Positions 18,318-32,273 of a stretch of DNA of 64,000 nt are shown here, piece by piece. Source of the stretch: Macrostomum lignano (lineage: Eukaryota); assembly GCA_002269645.1 (NCBI GenBank), contig NIVC01001361.1, forward strand, positions 62,001 to 126,000, read 5' to 3'. Each line of letters begins with the position of its first letter. The first letter of the stretch is position 1. The notes beneath the pieces are model-generated. The model was not told the origin of the DNA, did not search any database, and saw nothing but the letters and a program-made list of their open reading frames with translations. Both the position numbers and the translations under genes were made by a program.

Positions 18318-21300
18318 TCAAAAGAACTTTGAATTGTCGAAGGCCTCATTGTCGATGCCGCCGCTGCGGCTGGAGCCTTGAACTGCTTCGACGATGCCAC
18401 TGACTTCGCCGCCAGTGCTAGGCGATGGGCCTTCTATCGATTGCGAGTCGTCACCGTCAGGACCAGCCATGGGCAGCTCTAAAAACTCCCGCTCGGCAAC
18501 GGGGATCTCAGACGGAGGGCTGTTCACTGTCACATCGTCGACTTTTGATGTCGGACGGGTCGACGATTCAGCTTCGGCGTTGACCGGCGCTGACGCCACG
18601 GTGTGACTATCGATGTTGATATCCTCGACGTTGACAGACGGCTGGCCGAGGTACCTGCGAAGTGTCCCGTTTCACGTGCATTTTTAATAATAATGCTTGG
18701 CAAATGGCTGGCGAAGCATCGCTAAGCTGCTAATTTCTGAGTCAATGGGTGCGAGTTGAACAAGGTCTGTTGTGTGTTGTCAAGTGTCCTCCTAGTATAG
18801 AGAACGAATGGGGTTTTGCCATAGACAAATTAGGTGGAGAAAAAATCAAATTCCTCTAGAGAATTACTAAACTCACTAGCGATGCGACAACTTTTTCGTT
18901 GCCCCAGCTCATTTCTAAGAAAGTCGAATATACTGTCAGTTCCCATGAGGATATCCTGGATTTATGGTAAAAATTCAACTTTCTATTTGTTTATTGCTCT
19001 AAGAAAAACATGTTAGACATGTTACACTACTTCATCTATGGGCTCTGCTTCTCCGCCAGTCATTTTTGTCTATGGTCAAAAGTCATTTCGGGACCAGTTA
19101 GAGCCATTTAAGTTTCATTTCATTGAAGTTCAGGCTATAGACATACCAATCCCCCACTTGCCTAGGGTGTGAGTCCATTGTGTCACACCTGCTGAATTTG
19201 GCCATGGACTACATGTTTGACTAGTCGTATCAAATGATGGCGCTCGGTTGACGGGGAAATGACGGCCATAATAAAATCTTCACGCAGTCAAAATGCTTGT
19301 AATTTGTATCATGTTGATTTCTCATGGACTTTGCCCTTGAAAACAGTATTCGCTGCACTTGTCTCTCGCATATTATTAGAATAAATCAATATTCGCAGGA
19401 GGGCTGTGCACAGTGTGACGCAACTCCTTAGGGGACATCGTCCCGCAGCCAGCATCTGCCCGTTCCGCTGACTCCTGAGCACATGCAGGCGCGCTAATAC
19501 TGTACGCAGGCACGCACTCACACACCGCTCACACAGGGTGTACAGCGGCCCTGACTTTCTAATCGTCAGGCATGTACACTCTCTGTGCCCTGGGGCTGGC
19601 CCTCATGCCTGTGAATCGCACGACAAAACCAAGGGTCATGGCGCAAGGCCAATATAACAGAACTTCACCTGTTCATGTCCAGATTGGCGAAGTCGGTCAT
19701 GCAGGTCAGCACGTAGCTGGGGAAATTCTCCCCTGGCGGAGCTTCAACGCTGAACTCGTCCGGCCCGGTGGCCGTGTCGCCGTCGCGCACAGCGAAGGAG
19801 CCGGTGACGCGGACCTGCAGCAGGAAGCGGCGGGAGGACCGCTCCACGGGGAACTGGCACTCGCGGTTGCGCTTGATGGCAACGGCGTCCAGCTCGCACG
19901 GCACGTGCAGCCGACGGGCGCCGGCGGACGAGAGTGGCGCCATTTCAACGTCCGCGGCTCTGGAGGCGGCAATAGTTGCCGAGACCGAGCTGATGGCGGA
20001 TGCGGTGGCGGCAGCTGGGACCATGATGGGGTGCCGGTAGCCGTACCGGCTGGGCCGGCATCTGCCAAGAGAGAGCGAGTGCAGCGAGTGTTCAGCGAGT
20101 TGCACTTTTTCACAAGCCGGTCTTTCTGCTGGCATTCAATGGAGTAGCTTGTTTTACCAGATGTTTGAAATTTCTGCAACAATAACTACTTATCACCATG
20201 TCAGAAACATTAAAATCTAGGAAGCTTACAAACCTGCGAAAAATCAAACAAATTTAAAATCGAGACAAAAGTCTATCGAACCCGACCCGACACAAACCTA
20301 AAAAACCCAAAGACACAAACCTACAAAACCCAAAGACACAAACCTACAAAACCCAGACACAAACCTACAAAACCCGACAAGACACAAACCTACAAAACCC
20401 AAAGACACAAACCTACAAAACCCAAAGACACAAACCTACAAAACCCAAAGACACAAACCTACAAAACCCAGACACAAACCTACAAAACCCGACAAGACAC
20501 AAACCTACAAAACCCAAAGACACAAACCTACAAAACCCAAAGACACAAACCTACAAAACCCAGACACAAACCTACAAAACCCAGACACAAACCTACAAAA
20601 CCCAAAAACACAAACCTACAAAACCCAGACACAAACCTACAAAAACCGACAAGACACAAACCTACAGAACCCGTGAAGAGACAAGACACAAAGACACAAA
20701 CAAGCAGAAAATCAAAATAGACAAACATAAAGATACACGGACATGAACAGCTGCCGTTTACACATTAAGAATATTTCGCAGACGCACCTGCCAGTCGTTC
20801 TCGAGCGTTTCCGACGAATCCGTTTAACCTGCGACTTGCCGCTGGCCTCGTCCCGGTGCAAGTAGAGCAGCGCCGGGGCCCTGAACATCTCGCGCATGTC
20901 CCAGTCAACTGTGCGCCCGGCAACCCGGGCTCGAACTTTGCGCCTGCAGGGGCAGCAGCTGAGCACTCCGGATCCGTGATAGTCTGGCGTGAACACCAGC
21001 GACTGCAGGTCCACCTCGGCGATGTCGCCTCGGCAGTGCAGGAATGCGTAAAGAAGCAGCCGGCAGATGTACCTGCGGGCGGAGTTCGACTCAATATATT
21101 GCGGTCTAAAAGACCTCTTGTTGGGTTTTGTAGGCTGTTTCCCATTTGAACTTTTAGATTTGTCTCTTTTTGGGTTTTGTAGGTTTGTGTCTTTTTGGGT
21201 TTTGTAGGTTTGTGTCTTTGGCTTTTGTAGGTTTGTGTCTTTTTGGGTTTTGTAGGTTTGTGTCTTTTTGGGTTTTGTAGGTTTGTGTCTTTTTGGGTTT

Positions 21301-22479
21301 TGTAGGTTTGTGTCTTTGGGTTTTGTAGGTTTGTCTCTTTGTGGGTTTTGTAGGTTTGTGTCTTTGGGTTTTGTAGGTTTGTCTCTTTGTGGGTTTTGTA
21401 GGTTTGTGTTTTTGGGTTTTGTAGGTTTGTGTCTTTTGGGTTTTGTAGGTTTGTGTCTTTGGCTTTTGTAGGTTTGTGTCTTTTTGGGTTTTGTAGGTTT
21501 GTGTCTTTTTGGGTTTTGTAGGTTTGTGTCTTTGGCTTTTGTAGGTTTGTCTTTGGCTTTTGTAGGTTTGTGTCTTTTTGGGTTTTGTAGGTTTGTGTCT
21601 TTATGGGTTTTGTAGGTTTGTGTCTTTTTGGGTTTTGTAGGTTTGTGTCTTTTTGGGTTTTGTAGGTTTGTGTCTTTGGCTTTTGTAGGTTTGTCTTTGG
21701 GTTTTGTAGGTTTGCGTTTTTGGGTTTTGTAGGTTTGTGTCTTTGGCTTTTGTAGGTTTGTGTCTTTGGGTTTTGTAGGTTTGTGTTTTTGGGTTTTGTA
21801 GGTTTGTGTCTTTGGGTTTTGTAGGTTTGTGTCTTGTCGGGCTTGGAAGGTTTGTGTCTGTGGGTATTGTAAGTTTGTGTCTTCAGGTTTTGTCGTTTAT
21901 GTATTTTCGGTTTTGTAAGCTTCTATTTTCAAGTTTATCTTTTCAGCTTTTGTAGTCTCGTGTCTTGTCGGGTTTTGTAGGATGTGCTGTGTCAGCGATT
22001 TCTGTAGGTTTGCGTCTTCTCGGGTTTTGTAGGTTTGTGCCTTTATCGGCGCGCTACTGCTGAGCAACTCTGGCAAACAAAGTCTTTACTCAAGTACTTC
22101 ACTGTGTTTGCTATCCTTGGCTGAAGTTCATGGCGCTCAACTAAAAAACCTAGTCCACAGCACTTGAGGTAAATGTAGTGCATGCCCTTGTCCCTCACCT
22201 AGCGACCCGCCTGACGTCCTCGGGCGCGCGCAGGGCGCCCAGCTGCCACTCGTAGACCAGGCAGAACTGTCGCAGCAGCCGCAGGGCGGTGCCCCGAGTC
22301 CGCTCGGCCGCTTCAGAGTCGACAAGAAGGCGGCCGATTCGCGAGTTCGGCCGGGCGCCCCGGCTGCGCCGCTTAGCCAAACTCGACCAGGCCTCCTCGC
22401 TGCTGCTCAGAAATTCGCGCAAGTTCTGATCATACCTGAGCAACTGGACGGGTTTGGCGCGGTGTAAGCCATTAGCCAT
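18318..22479 (-). CDS. Four-exon host gene, ~442 aa, unknown function (exons 22479-22199, 21105-20788, 20061-19669, 18654-18318)
   Basis: All junctions are GT-AG with matching phase 2, and the joined frame is open from ATG to TGA. Confidence 0.65.
20290..20670 (+). repeat. 20-22-bp minisatellite (GACACAAACCTACAAAACCC[AAA])n
   Basis: Tandem units seen directly. Confidence 0.9.
21165..21840 (-). repeat. Same minisatellite in inverted orientation (GGGTTTTGTAGGTTTGTGTC)n
   Basis: Reverse complement of the 20290-20670 unit. Confidence 0.9.
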
Positions 22480-22769
22480 GCATAAGCATATTTTTCTGCA
22501 TGTGACAGTACATCTGGGCACATCGTTAGGAAATCGGCCTTCAAACTCTTCTTAAAATTGTGTTGCAAATTTTAGTTTAAATTGCAACTTTTACGAGTAT
22601 AAGCTCGTAAACATTTTACGACGCACTCGCCACTCACTTCCGGAAATTGCGTTTCTTGGTTTCGATTTGGATTTCAATCAAAACCATTAAAATGAGCTTA
22701 ATGTACTGTTTCACTACAGAACCTGTTCAGCTATTCAGCAGCAACTGATTCATGGGCGCTGTGCAGAGT

Positions 22770-23370
22770 GAGGCACTGAGAGAGACTAAGTGAGGCAATC
22801 GGAGAGTGACTGAGTGAGGCACTATGAGTGACTAAGTGAGGCAATCGGAGAGTGACTGAGTGAGGCACTGAGAGAGACTAAGTGAGGCAATCGGAGAGTG
22901 ACTGAGTGAGGCACTGAGAGAGACTAAGTGAGGCAATCGGAGAGTGACTGAGTGAGGCACCATGAGTGACTGAGGCAATGGGAGAGTGACTTGTGAGGCA
23001 ATGGGAGAGTGACTTAGTGAGGCAATGGGAGAGTGACTGAGTGGGGCGCTGGGAGAGTGTCTGAGTGAGGCACTGATAGAGACTGAGGCACTGAGAGAGT
23101 TACTGAGTGAGGCACTGAGAGACTGTGAGGCACTGAGAGTGACTGAGTGAGGCGCTGATAGACTGAGTGAGGCACTGAGAGTGACTGAGTGAGGCGCTGA
23201 TAGACTGAGTGAGGCACTAAGAGAGTGACTGAGTGAGGCACTGATAGACTGAGTGAGGCACTAAGAGAGTGACTGAGTGAGGCACTGATAGACTGAGTGA
23301 GGCACTAAGAGAGTGACTGAGTGAGGCACTGAGAGACTGTGAGGCACTGAGAGTGACTGTGAGGCACTGA
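22770..23370. repeat. Degenerate minisatellite (GAGTGACTGAGTGAGGCACTGA)n
   Basis: Tandem units seen directly. Confidence 0.85.
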
Positions 23371-24680
23371 GAGTTACTGCAGGTAGTAAATAAATTAGAT
23401 GCGTAAGTAAGCCGACACAGCAAGATATGATAATGAAAATTTAGAAACAAACGATAACATATAAGAATATTGCACTCATAGGCGCGTATATTGAATTAAC
23501 TTTAATTAGAGTGCCGTAGCGATTTTTAAAGCTGGATAAATAAGTGAAAAAGCAACAAAAACAGAAACACACACAAAACGGCAAAAGTAGGTTAAACAGG
23601 TTTATGAACGACAAACTATTTATTACATGAGTAGATTGCGTAGCGTAATAATACATTAATCTATATAATTGTGAAGATCTGTTAAGCTAGATAGACAGCC
23701 ATTTAGAATCAGAAAACTCACCTGATCCTGATCCGTCAGGTGTTGTACAATGTCGATGCCGCTAATATTATTAATGTAATTATAATTATAATATTAATAT
23801 TATTAGCTAGTAGAGCTGCGCAGCTGAGAATGCCTATTGACCAGCATCAGACAGATCCGATTGAATAATTTTCCAGCGCAAGAATCTGCTACTAGAGAGG
23901 GGGGAGATAGAATTGCCTTGGGATGCAAAAACTTTATAGAACACAGTTTGGCCTATCAGACAGACCAGAACAAGAGAAGTAAATTATATAGAGAGAGGGA
24001 GAGACTGACTATTCTGCGGTGCGCACCGGTCTGAGGCTAAATAAAATAGGATCCCTCCTCCCTCCTACCCGGCGTTCGACGGCTTACTCCTGGCTTGTGG
24101 AGGCAAGAGAGGGGCAGGCAGGCAGGCAGGCAGGCAGGGCGATAAGGTTGAGCTGAGCATTGGGCAGTGCAGCAGCCACCCCAGTACGTGCATGGCCTAT
24201 TGAATAGGCGGCGGTCGGGAGAGGGAGAGGGAGAGGGGGACGGCGGGGGGGGGGGCGGGCCTGACACGGCCGCCGGCGTTGAAGCATTTTTGTTTCTAAA
24301 AATAGCAACTAAACTTGGCTTGAAGAAGAAAAACGTTCCCTTTTTGGGTTCGTTGCGAGTCTTTCTATTAAAGAAAACATTGTATTAACGAAATCCGTGG
24401 GCTAAGTGTTTGCAGAACAGGGCAACGCTCTGTCCAGAACTATTAGGATTTATAAGCCTGAATAAATGATAATGCATGCAGACAACAAAAAAATACAACA
24501 GATATTTTTTATTTGCAGCATTAATAAACTAAAAATTAGCCGAATGATGACGCAAACGAACGAATATTAATCAATTATTATTAGAATACACATGATTACA
24601 GCATAGTGTTTACTTTCAGTCATTATTAGTTAAAGCGACAACTTAAGAAAATAGTTTTCTCTTCTGTCTCAACAGACGAT

Positions 24681-27600
24681 TCAAAACTCGATCACGTCGA
24701 CAATGTGAACGCTGCGACCGTCCTCGCCTGGCAGGACGCCTTCGTCGATCTGCAGCTGCCGGCGGCGCGGCTTCTGCTGCCGAGGCTGCGGCACCTCGGG
24801 GACGGCGCGTTTGTCACGGTTTCCAGGCTCGGCATCATTGGAGGCTGCGAGGAGAGGGAGAGAAAGGCATTATTTTCTAGCGAGAGCAACTGAGGATCTG
24901 GGAGGCTGGCCTAGCAACTGACACTCTGGGAGGCTGGCCTAGCAACTGAGGATCTGGGAGGCTGGCCCAGCAACTGACACTCTGGGAGGCTGGCCTAGCA
25001 ACTGAGGATCTGGGAGGCTGGCCTAGCAACTGAGGATCTGGGAGGCTGGCCTAGCAACTGAGGATCTGGGAGGCTTACCCAGCAACTGAGGATCTGGGAG
25101 GCTGGCCTAGCAACTGACACTCTATGAGGCTGGCCCAGCAACTGAGGATCTGGGAGGTTGGCCAGCAACTGAGGATCTGGGAGGCTGGCCCAGCAACTGA
25201 CACTCTATGAGGCTGGCCCAGCAACTGAGGATCTGGGAGGCTGGCCTAGCAACTGAGGATCTGGAAGGCTGGCACAGCAACTGAGGATCTGGGAGGCTGG
25301 CACAGCAACTGAGGATCTGGGAGGCTGGCCCAGCAACTGAGGATCTGGGAGGCTGGCCCAGCAACTGAGGATCTGGGAGGCTGGCCTAGCAACTGAGGAT
25401 CTGGAAGGCTGGCACAGCAACTGAGGATCTGGGAGGCTGGCACAGCAACTGAGGATCTGGGAGGCTGGCCCAGAAACTGGATCTGGGAGGCTGGCCAGCA
25501 ACTGAGGATCTGGGAGGCTGGCCCAGCAACTGAGGATCTGGGAGGCTAGCCTAGCAGCTGAGGATCTGGAAGGCTGGCACAGCAACTGAGGATCTGGGAG
25601 GCTGGCACAGCAACTGAGGATCTGGAAGGATGGCACAGCAACTGAGGATCTGGGAGGCTGGCCCAGCAACTGACACTCTGGGAGGCTGGCCCAGCAACTG
25701 AGGATCTGGGAGGCTTACCCAGCAACTGAGGATCTTGGAGGCCTACCCAGCAACTGAGGATCTGGTAGGCTGACACAGCAACTGAGGATCTGGGAGGCCT
25801 ACCCAGCAACTGAGGATCTGGGAGGCTGGCCCAGAAACTGGATCTGGGAGGCTGGCCCAGTAACTGAGGATCTGGGAGTATAGCCTAACTAGGGGTCCTG
25901 CAGTAAACTTGTTGGGACTATTTTAAACATTTTCGATTACTCTTGGTGCAGCAGTTGCTAGTCAGCGAGCTGAGTACGGCAGTAAAATTTAATAAGCTGC
26001 CGGTCCCGCAGCGGGAGTGCAGTCTGGGTGCAGACAATGCAATGCAGAGCTCCAATTCAGTAACACATCTGAATTATTTTTAGCTCAGTGTAGCTCAGAA
26101 TTTTATATACATTAGAATCGATAGACTAGTAACATTAAGCACTCCAGTAATTAGCTAACAGAGAGCATTCGAGTAGCGCGAGGGGAGACCATGGAAACAA
26201 TAGGCGATGCTTTGCTAACAGAAGATTTGCAGCATAATTAACCTTATGCTTTTGAGTGCACTATATGTGAGAGCCATCTAATTAAGTTATTCCTCCGTGG
26301 CAGGTTAAGCACAGATTGTGTTAGTTGAAAAACTGCTTCTCGGAAATCAATGAGCTGGTGACATATCGATGAGAGTCGGTGACAGATCTATAAGAGTCAG
26401 TGACATATCAAAGAAAGTCAGTGACAGATCAAAGAGAGTCAGTGACATATCAAATACAGTCAGTGACAGATCTATGAGAGTCAGTGACATATCAATGAGA
26501 GTCAGTGACATATTAAAGAGAGCCAGTGACATATCAACGAGAGTCAGTGACATATCAAAGATAGTCAGTGACATATCAAAGAGAGCCAGTGACATATCAA
26601 CGACAGTCAGTGACATATCCATGAGAGCCAGTGACATATCAAAGAGAGCCAGTGACATATCAACGACAGTCAGTGACATATCCATGAGAGCCAGTGACAT
26701 ATCAAAGAGAGCCAGTGACATATCAACGACAGTCAGTGACATATCCATGAGAGCCAGTGACATATCAAAGAGAGTCAGTGACAGATCAAAGAGAGTCAGT
26801 GACATATCAAATACAGTCAGTGACATATCCATGAGAGCCAGTGACATATCAAAGAGAGCCAGTGACATATCAACGACAGTCAGTGACATATCCATGAGAG
26901 CCAGTGACATATCAAAGAGAGTCAGTGACAGATCAAAGAGAGTCAGTGACATATCAAATACAGTCAGTGACAGATCAAAGAGAGTCTGTGACAGATCTAT
27001 GAGAGTGTGACAGATCAACGAGAGTCAGTGACAGATCTATGAGTCAGTGACAGATTTATGAGAGCAGCTTACCGGTGCCGCAGTTGCAGGTGCGACAGCC
27101 GTTCTCATCGTGCAGGTACTGATTTCCAGGACAGGGGTTCACGCAGTCCAGCATAGGGCATTCCTTCTGCTCCTCATCAGTCGAAGAAGAGTCCTCCTTG
27201 CCAGCGTCAACAGACTTTGACTTGAAGGTGTAGCGGAAGATGATTGGCTGGACTAGGTAGGTCTGGTAGCCGCGGCACATGTGCCAGGCCTCGCTGCCGT
27301 AGGACATGAGATCGCGCTCGCTGATTGGAGGATAGCGGACAGCCAATCGGACGTATTGGATGGTCTTGGCCGAGACTTCGTGTTGTTCCTACGGTGCGGT
27401 GAGGATACGATATTGTTATAAATCTGCTTTACTAATCCGGGTAGGTAGTGCTCCAATCATTTTTTGCATGATTATACTTTTTGTGTATAAAAAACGGTAA
27501 CATGTTTACTCGTACCTGCAAAATGCACTTCTGGATTTCTATATTTCGATTTGCGTAGTCAAAGCCGTACACTATTCGTGAAGTTCGTACAAAGATTCTG

Positions 27601-28129
27601 CTGAATATCCTCAGCTGCCAATTACTATACTAGGCTTTCTAATTAACACCCTTGTTACTTTTACACACCATAGTCCCGCAGCTATCGGGCTTTTTTCTTG
27701 ACTAATTGTTTACTTGTTCGACAGTATCTAAGCCCTTTTTCTGTTCCTAAAAATAGTATATTCGAATAGCTAAGCTCCCGGATTTTGTGGGGCCTTTTTG
27801 TGTTTCTAAAATTATAAAATATGTCTAAAATTACTCAAACAAGATTGAGAGAGACGGGGGGATAAGGGGAAGATAGGGCGGGGCTGAGAGGGAGAATAAA
27901 GAGGGAGATTTAAGAGGGAGAGGTGAGGTTGAGATTCAAGAGTGAGGTGAGATGGAGGTAAGAGGTGAGATGAAAAGGTGAGATGGAGAGGCGGGAGAGA
28001 GGAGAGAGAAGTGAGAGGGAGATGAGAGTGAGAGGTGAGAGGGAGAGGCAAGAGGGAGAGACGAGAGGAAGAAGTGAGAGGGAGACGAGAAGAAGAAGTG
28101 AGATTGAGATGCGAGAGGGAGAGGGAGAG

Positions 28130-28221
<92 letters not shown>

Positions 28222-28948
28222 GTGAGATTGAGATACGAAAGGGAGAGGCGAGAGGGAGAAGTGAGAATAGATTGAGATGCGAGAGGGAGAGGTGAGATTG
28301 AGATGTGAGAGGGAGAGGCGAGAAAGAGAGGTGAGATTGAGATGCGAGAGGGAAAGGCGAGAGGGAGAAGTGAGAATAGATTGAGATGCGAGAGGGAGAG
28401 GTGAGATTGAGATACGAGAGTAAGAAGTGAAATAGAAAGGTGTGACGGAGAGGCGGCCCAGCTGCCGTACGCAGATACACTGAACGCAGTAAGCAACCCA
28501 GTAGCCCCACCTTGGCCCAGATGACAACATTACTGGCCCAGTCGTGCCTGCGCCAGGTCGAGCGCTTCACAAAGCACAGCTGAGCGGACGGGGCGCGCAG
28601 CAGAGTGAAGCCTCTCAGCTGGTTGTGCAGCACGGTTGGCCGGCCGTCCGAGTCCCATGACGGCTGCATCAGTACGCGGCCGGAGCCGTCAGTTTTAACC
28701 AGCTCGCTTCGGCTTTCAACCCGCCCGTCGGCCTGGCGAAATCGGATCCGGCAGTTGACAGTCGAGTCGGCCGAATCCGAACCGTTGCGCTGGTGCTGGC
28801 GCATGCGCAGCCCGATGTACAGCACGACGCCAATGTCCAGCAGGAGGAACACGGCCAGCAGCCAGGCGAAGATGCGGCACAGCCGGCGGCGCCTGGCCGC
28901 ACGGTGGTTGTAAAACTCGACATACTCCACTGAGTAGGTGGGAGGTCG
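24681..28948 (-). CDS. Type II membrane BRICHOS-domain protein with an antistasin-like domain (exons 28948-28511, 27388-27073, 24844-24681; first exon not located)
   Basis: TM helix IFAWLLAVFLLLDIGVVLYIGL; BRICHOS-like TVLHNQLRGFTLLR..LCFVK and GSEAWHMCRGYQTYLV; antistasin-like CPMLDCVNPCPGNQYLHDENGCRTCNC. Splice phases are consistent. Confidence 0.7.
24890..25880. repeat. 28-bp minisatellite (AGCAACTGAGGATCTGGGAGGCTGGCCY)n, intronic
   Basis: Tandem units seen directly. Confidence 0.93.
26350..27060. repeat. 21-bp minisatellite (GAGAGTCAGTGACATATCAAA-like)n, intronic
   Basis: Tandem units seen directly. Confidence 0.93.
27940..28430. repeat. Purine-rich (GA)n low-complexity tract, intronic
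   Basis: Pure (GA)n at ~28133-28218 with GAGA-rich flanks. Confidence 0.9.
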
Positions 28949-29014
28949 CTGGTGAAGAATTATGGGGGGGATTAATAGGAATTTATGACAACCCCTGAGA
29001 CTGGAAAGCAAACG

Positions 29015-31480
29015 TTATAGTGACATCATATATTCCACAGGGAGTGCCATCATATATTTCACTCGGAGTGACATCATATATTCCACAGGGAGTGCCATCA
29101 TATATTCCACAGGGAGTGACATCATATATTTCACTCGGAGTGACATCATATATTCCACAGGGAGTGACATCATATATTTCACTCGGAGTGACATCATATA
29201 TTCCACAGGGAGTGACATCATATATTACACGGGGAGTGACATCATATATTACACGGGGAGTGACATCATATATTCCACAGGGAGTGACATCATATATTCC
29301 ACAGGGAGTGACATCATATATTCCACAGGGAGTGACATCATATATTACACGGGGAGTGACATCATATATTCCACAGGGAGTGACATCATATATTTCACTC
29401 GGAGTGACATCATATATTCCACAGGGAGTGACATCATATATTCCACAGGGAGTGACATCATATATTACACGGGGAGTGACATCATATATTACACGGGGAG
29501 TGACATCATATATTCCACAGGGAGTGACATCATATATTCCACAGGGAGTGACATCATATATTCCACAGGGAGTGACATTATATATTCCACAGGGAGTGAC
29601 ATCATATATTCCACAGGGAGTGACATCATATATTCCACGGGGAGTGACATCATATATTCCACAGGGAGTGACATCATATATTCCACGGGAGTGACATCAT
29701 ATATTCCACAGGGAGTGACATCATATATTCCACAGGGAGTGACATCATATATTCCACAGGGAGTGACATCATATATTCCACAGGGAGTGACATCATATAT
29801 TCCACAGGGAGTGACATCATATATTCCACAGGGAGTGACATCATATATTCCACAGGGAGTGACATCATATATTCCACAGGGAGTGACATCATATATTCCA
29901 CAGGGAGTGACATCATATATTCCACAGGGAGTGACATCATATATTCCACAGGGAGTGACATCATATATTCCACAGGGAGTGACATCATATATTCCACAGG
30001 GAGTGACATCATATATTCCACGGGAGTGACATCATATATTCCACAGGGAGTGACATCATATATTCCACAGGGAGTGACATCATATATTCCACGGGAGTGA
30101 CATCATATATTCCACGGGAAGTGACATCATATATTCCACAGGGAGTGACATCATATATTCCACAGGGAGTGACATCATATATTCCACAGGGAGTGACATC
30201 ATATATTCCACAGGGAGTGACATCATATATTCCACAGGGAGTGACATCATATATTCCACAGGGAGTGACATCATATATTCCACAGGGAGTGACATCATAT
30301 ATTCCACAGGGAGTGACATCATATATTCCACAGGGAGTGACATCATATATTCCACAGGGAGTGACATTATATATTCCACAGGGAGTGACATCATATATTC
30401 CACAGGGAGTGACATCATATATTCCACGGGGAGTGACATCATATATTCCACAGGGAGTGACATCATATATTCCACGGGAGTGACATCATATATTCCACAG
30501 GGAGTGACATCATATATTCCACAGGGAGTGACATCATATATTCCACAGGGAGTGACATCATATATTCCACAGGGAGTGACATCATATATTCCACAGGGAG
30601 TGACATCATATATTCCACAGGGAGTGACATCATATATTCCACAGGGAGTGACATCATATATTCCACAGGGAGTGACATCATATATTCCACAGGGAGTGAC
30701 ATCATATATTCTACAGGAAGTGACATCATATATTCCACAGGGAGTGACATTATATATTCCACAGGAAGTGACATCATATATTCCACAGGGAGTGACATCA
30801 TATATTCCACAGGGAGTGACATCATATATTCCACAGGGAGTGACATTATATATTCCACAGGAAGTGACATCATATATTCCACAGGGAGTGACATCATATA
30901 TTCCACGGGGAGTGAGATCATATATTCCACAGGGAGTGACATCATATATTCTACAGGAAGTGACATCATATATTCCACAGGGAGTGACATCATATATTCC
31001 ACGGGGAGTGACATCATATATTCCACAGGGAGTGACATCATATATTCCACAGGGAGTGACATCATATATTCTACAGGAAGTGACATCATATATTCCACAG
31101 GGAGTGACATCATATATTCCACGGGGAGTGAGATCATATATTCCACAGGGAGTGACATCATATATTCTACAGGAAGCGACATCATATATTCCACAGGGAG
31201 TGACATCATATATTCCACGGGAGTGACATCATATATTCCACAGGGAGTGACATCATATATTCCACAGGGAGTGACATCATATATTTCACAGGGAGTGACA
31301 TCATATATTCCACAGGGAGTGACATCATATATTCTACAGGAAGTGACATCATATATTCCACAGGGAGTGACATCATATATTCCACAGGGAGTGACATCAT
31401 ATATTCCACAGGGAGTGACATCATATATTCCACAGGGAGTGACATCATATATTCCACGGGGAGTGACATCATATATTTCA
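29015..31480. repeat. 24-bp minisatellite (GGGAGTGACATCATATATTCCACA)n, ~100 units
   Basis: Highly homogeneous tandem array. Confidence 0.97.
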
Positions 31481-32273
31481 GGACAGCAGGCAGCGAAGCG
31501 TATTTTAATGGGTATGTGGGTATGGTGGGTAATGGTGTAATGGTGAATATAGTTTTACAGTGCGAAGACTGCCGGGCATATTACAAAGTTCATACCGTAG
31601 TGGCTGTAGTATCTAGACAGACCGCTGAAGGTAACTAACTAAAGAGAGGTATAGAAAGTTTGCTAAACTACTCCATATAGCGAGTTGTCTGGCTAGACTA
31701 GGCGATAGATGGAAGGTAATAATAACAAGGGCGGCGCCCCAGCTACACACGGGAAGGCAGTGAGAGAATAGAGAGCGGGGGAAACGCCCAGAATAGCAGA
31801 AATGTGACGGCCAGTTTTTATAAAAAAGTAAAAAATACAGTAGAAAATATTTAAACCCAAAGCACAAAGGACTAATGAATTAATAAATTTACTAAATATG
31901 GAAAATAATACTAAAAATAGTACAGAACTCGTATTCTGGAGTAGTTTGTGAAAATAATTTGTTCGTAATTTGTTAGCGGTTTCCTACTGCAAGTAGTGTG
32001 ATCGCATAAAATCTAATTCTGTCATCTAGAGAACAAAACATTGGAAATTTTCATATTTAATGTTCAGATGCAGGTACAACTATCAGTATACTCTTAAGCT
32101 AATATTTTTCACTCGGTTGGTCAAACAAATTCAATTAGTTAGGATTAGATCTTGATCTTAATCTCTAAATCTCAGACCTGACTGTGTCCTGCCTAATCCA
32201 AAAAGTGACCCTTGTCTAACATCTACTTAAATTCCCAGATTAGCTTATATATCAGTGCTAGTAAGCCCTAGCA

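Noticed and set aside
19740-19830. cGAS/Mab21-like motif VTGSF...PDEFSV
   Set aside because: The second catalytic acid is missing, and in the spliced gene only a low-complexity tail follows, so no Mab21 lobe is present.
26347-31540. Long ORFs (DMSLTLF, TSYIPQGV, MMSLPVEY, poly-RE/SL)
   Set aside because: They are translations of 21-bp and 24-bp minisatellites and (GA)n tracts lying in introns or intergenic DNA.
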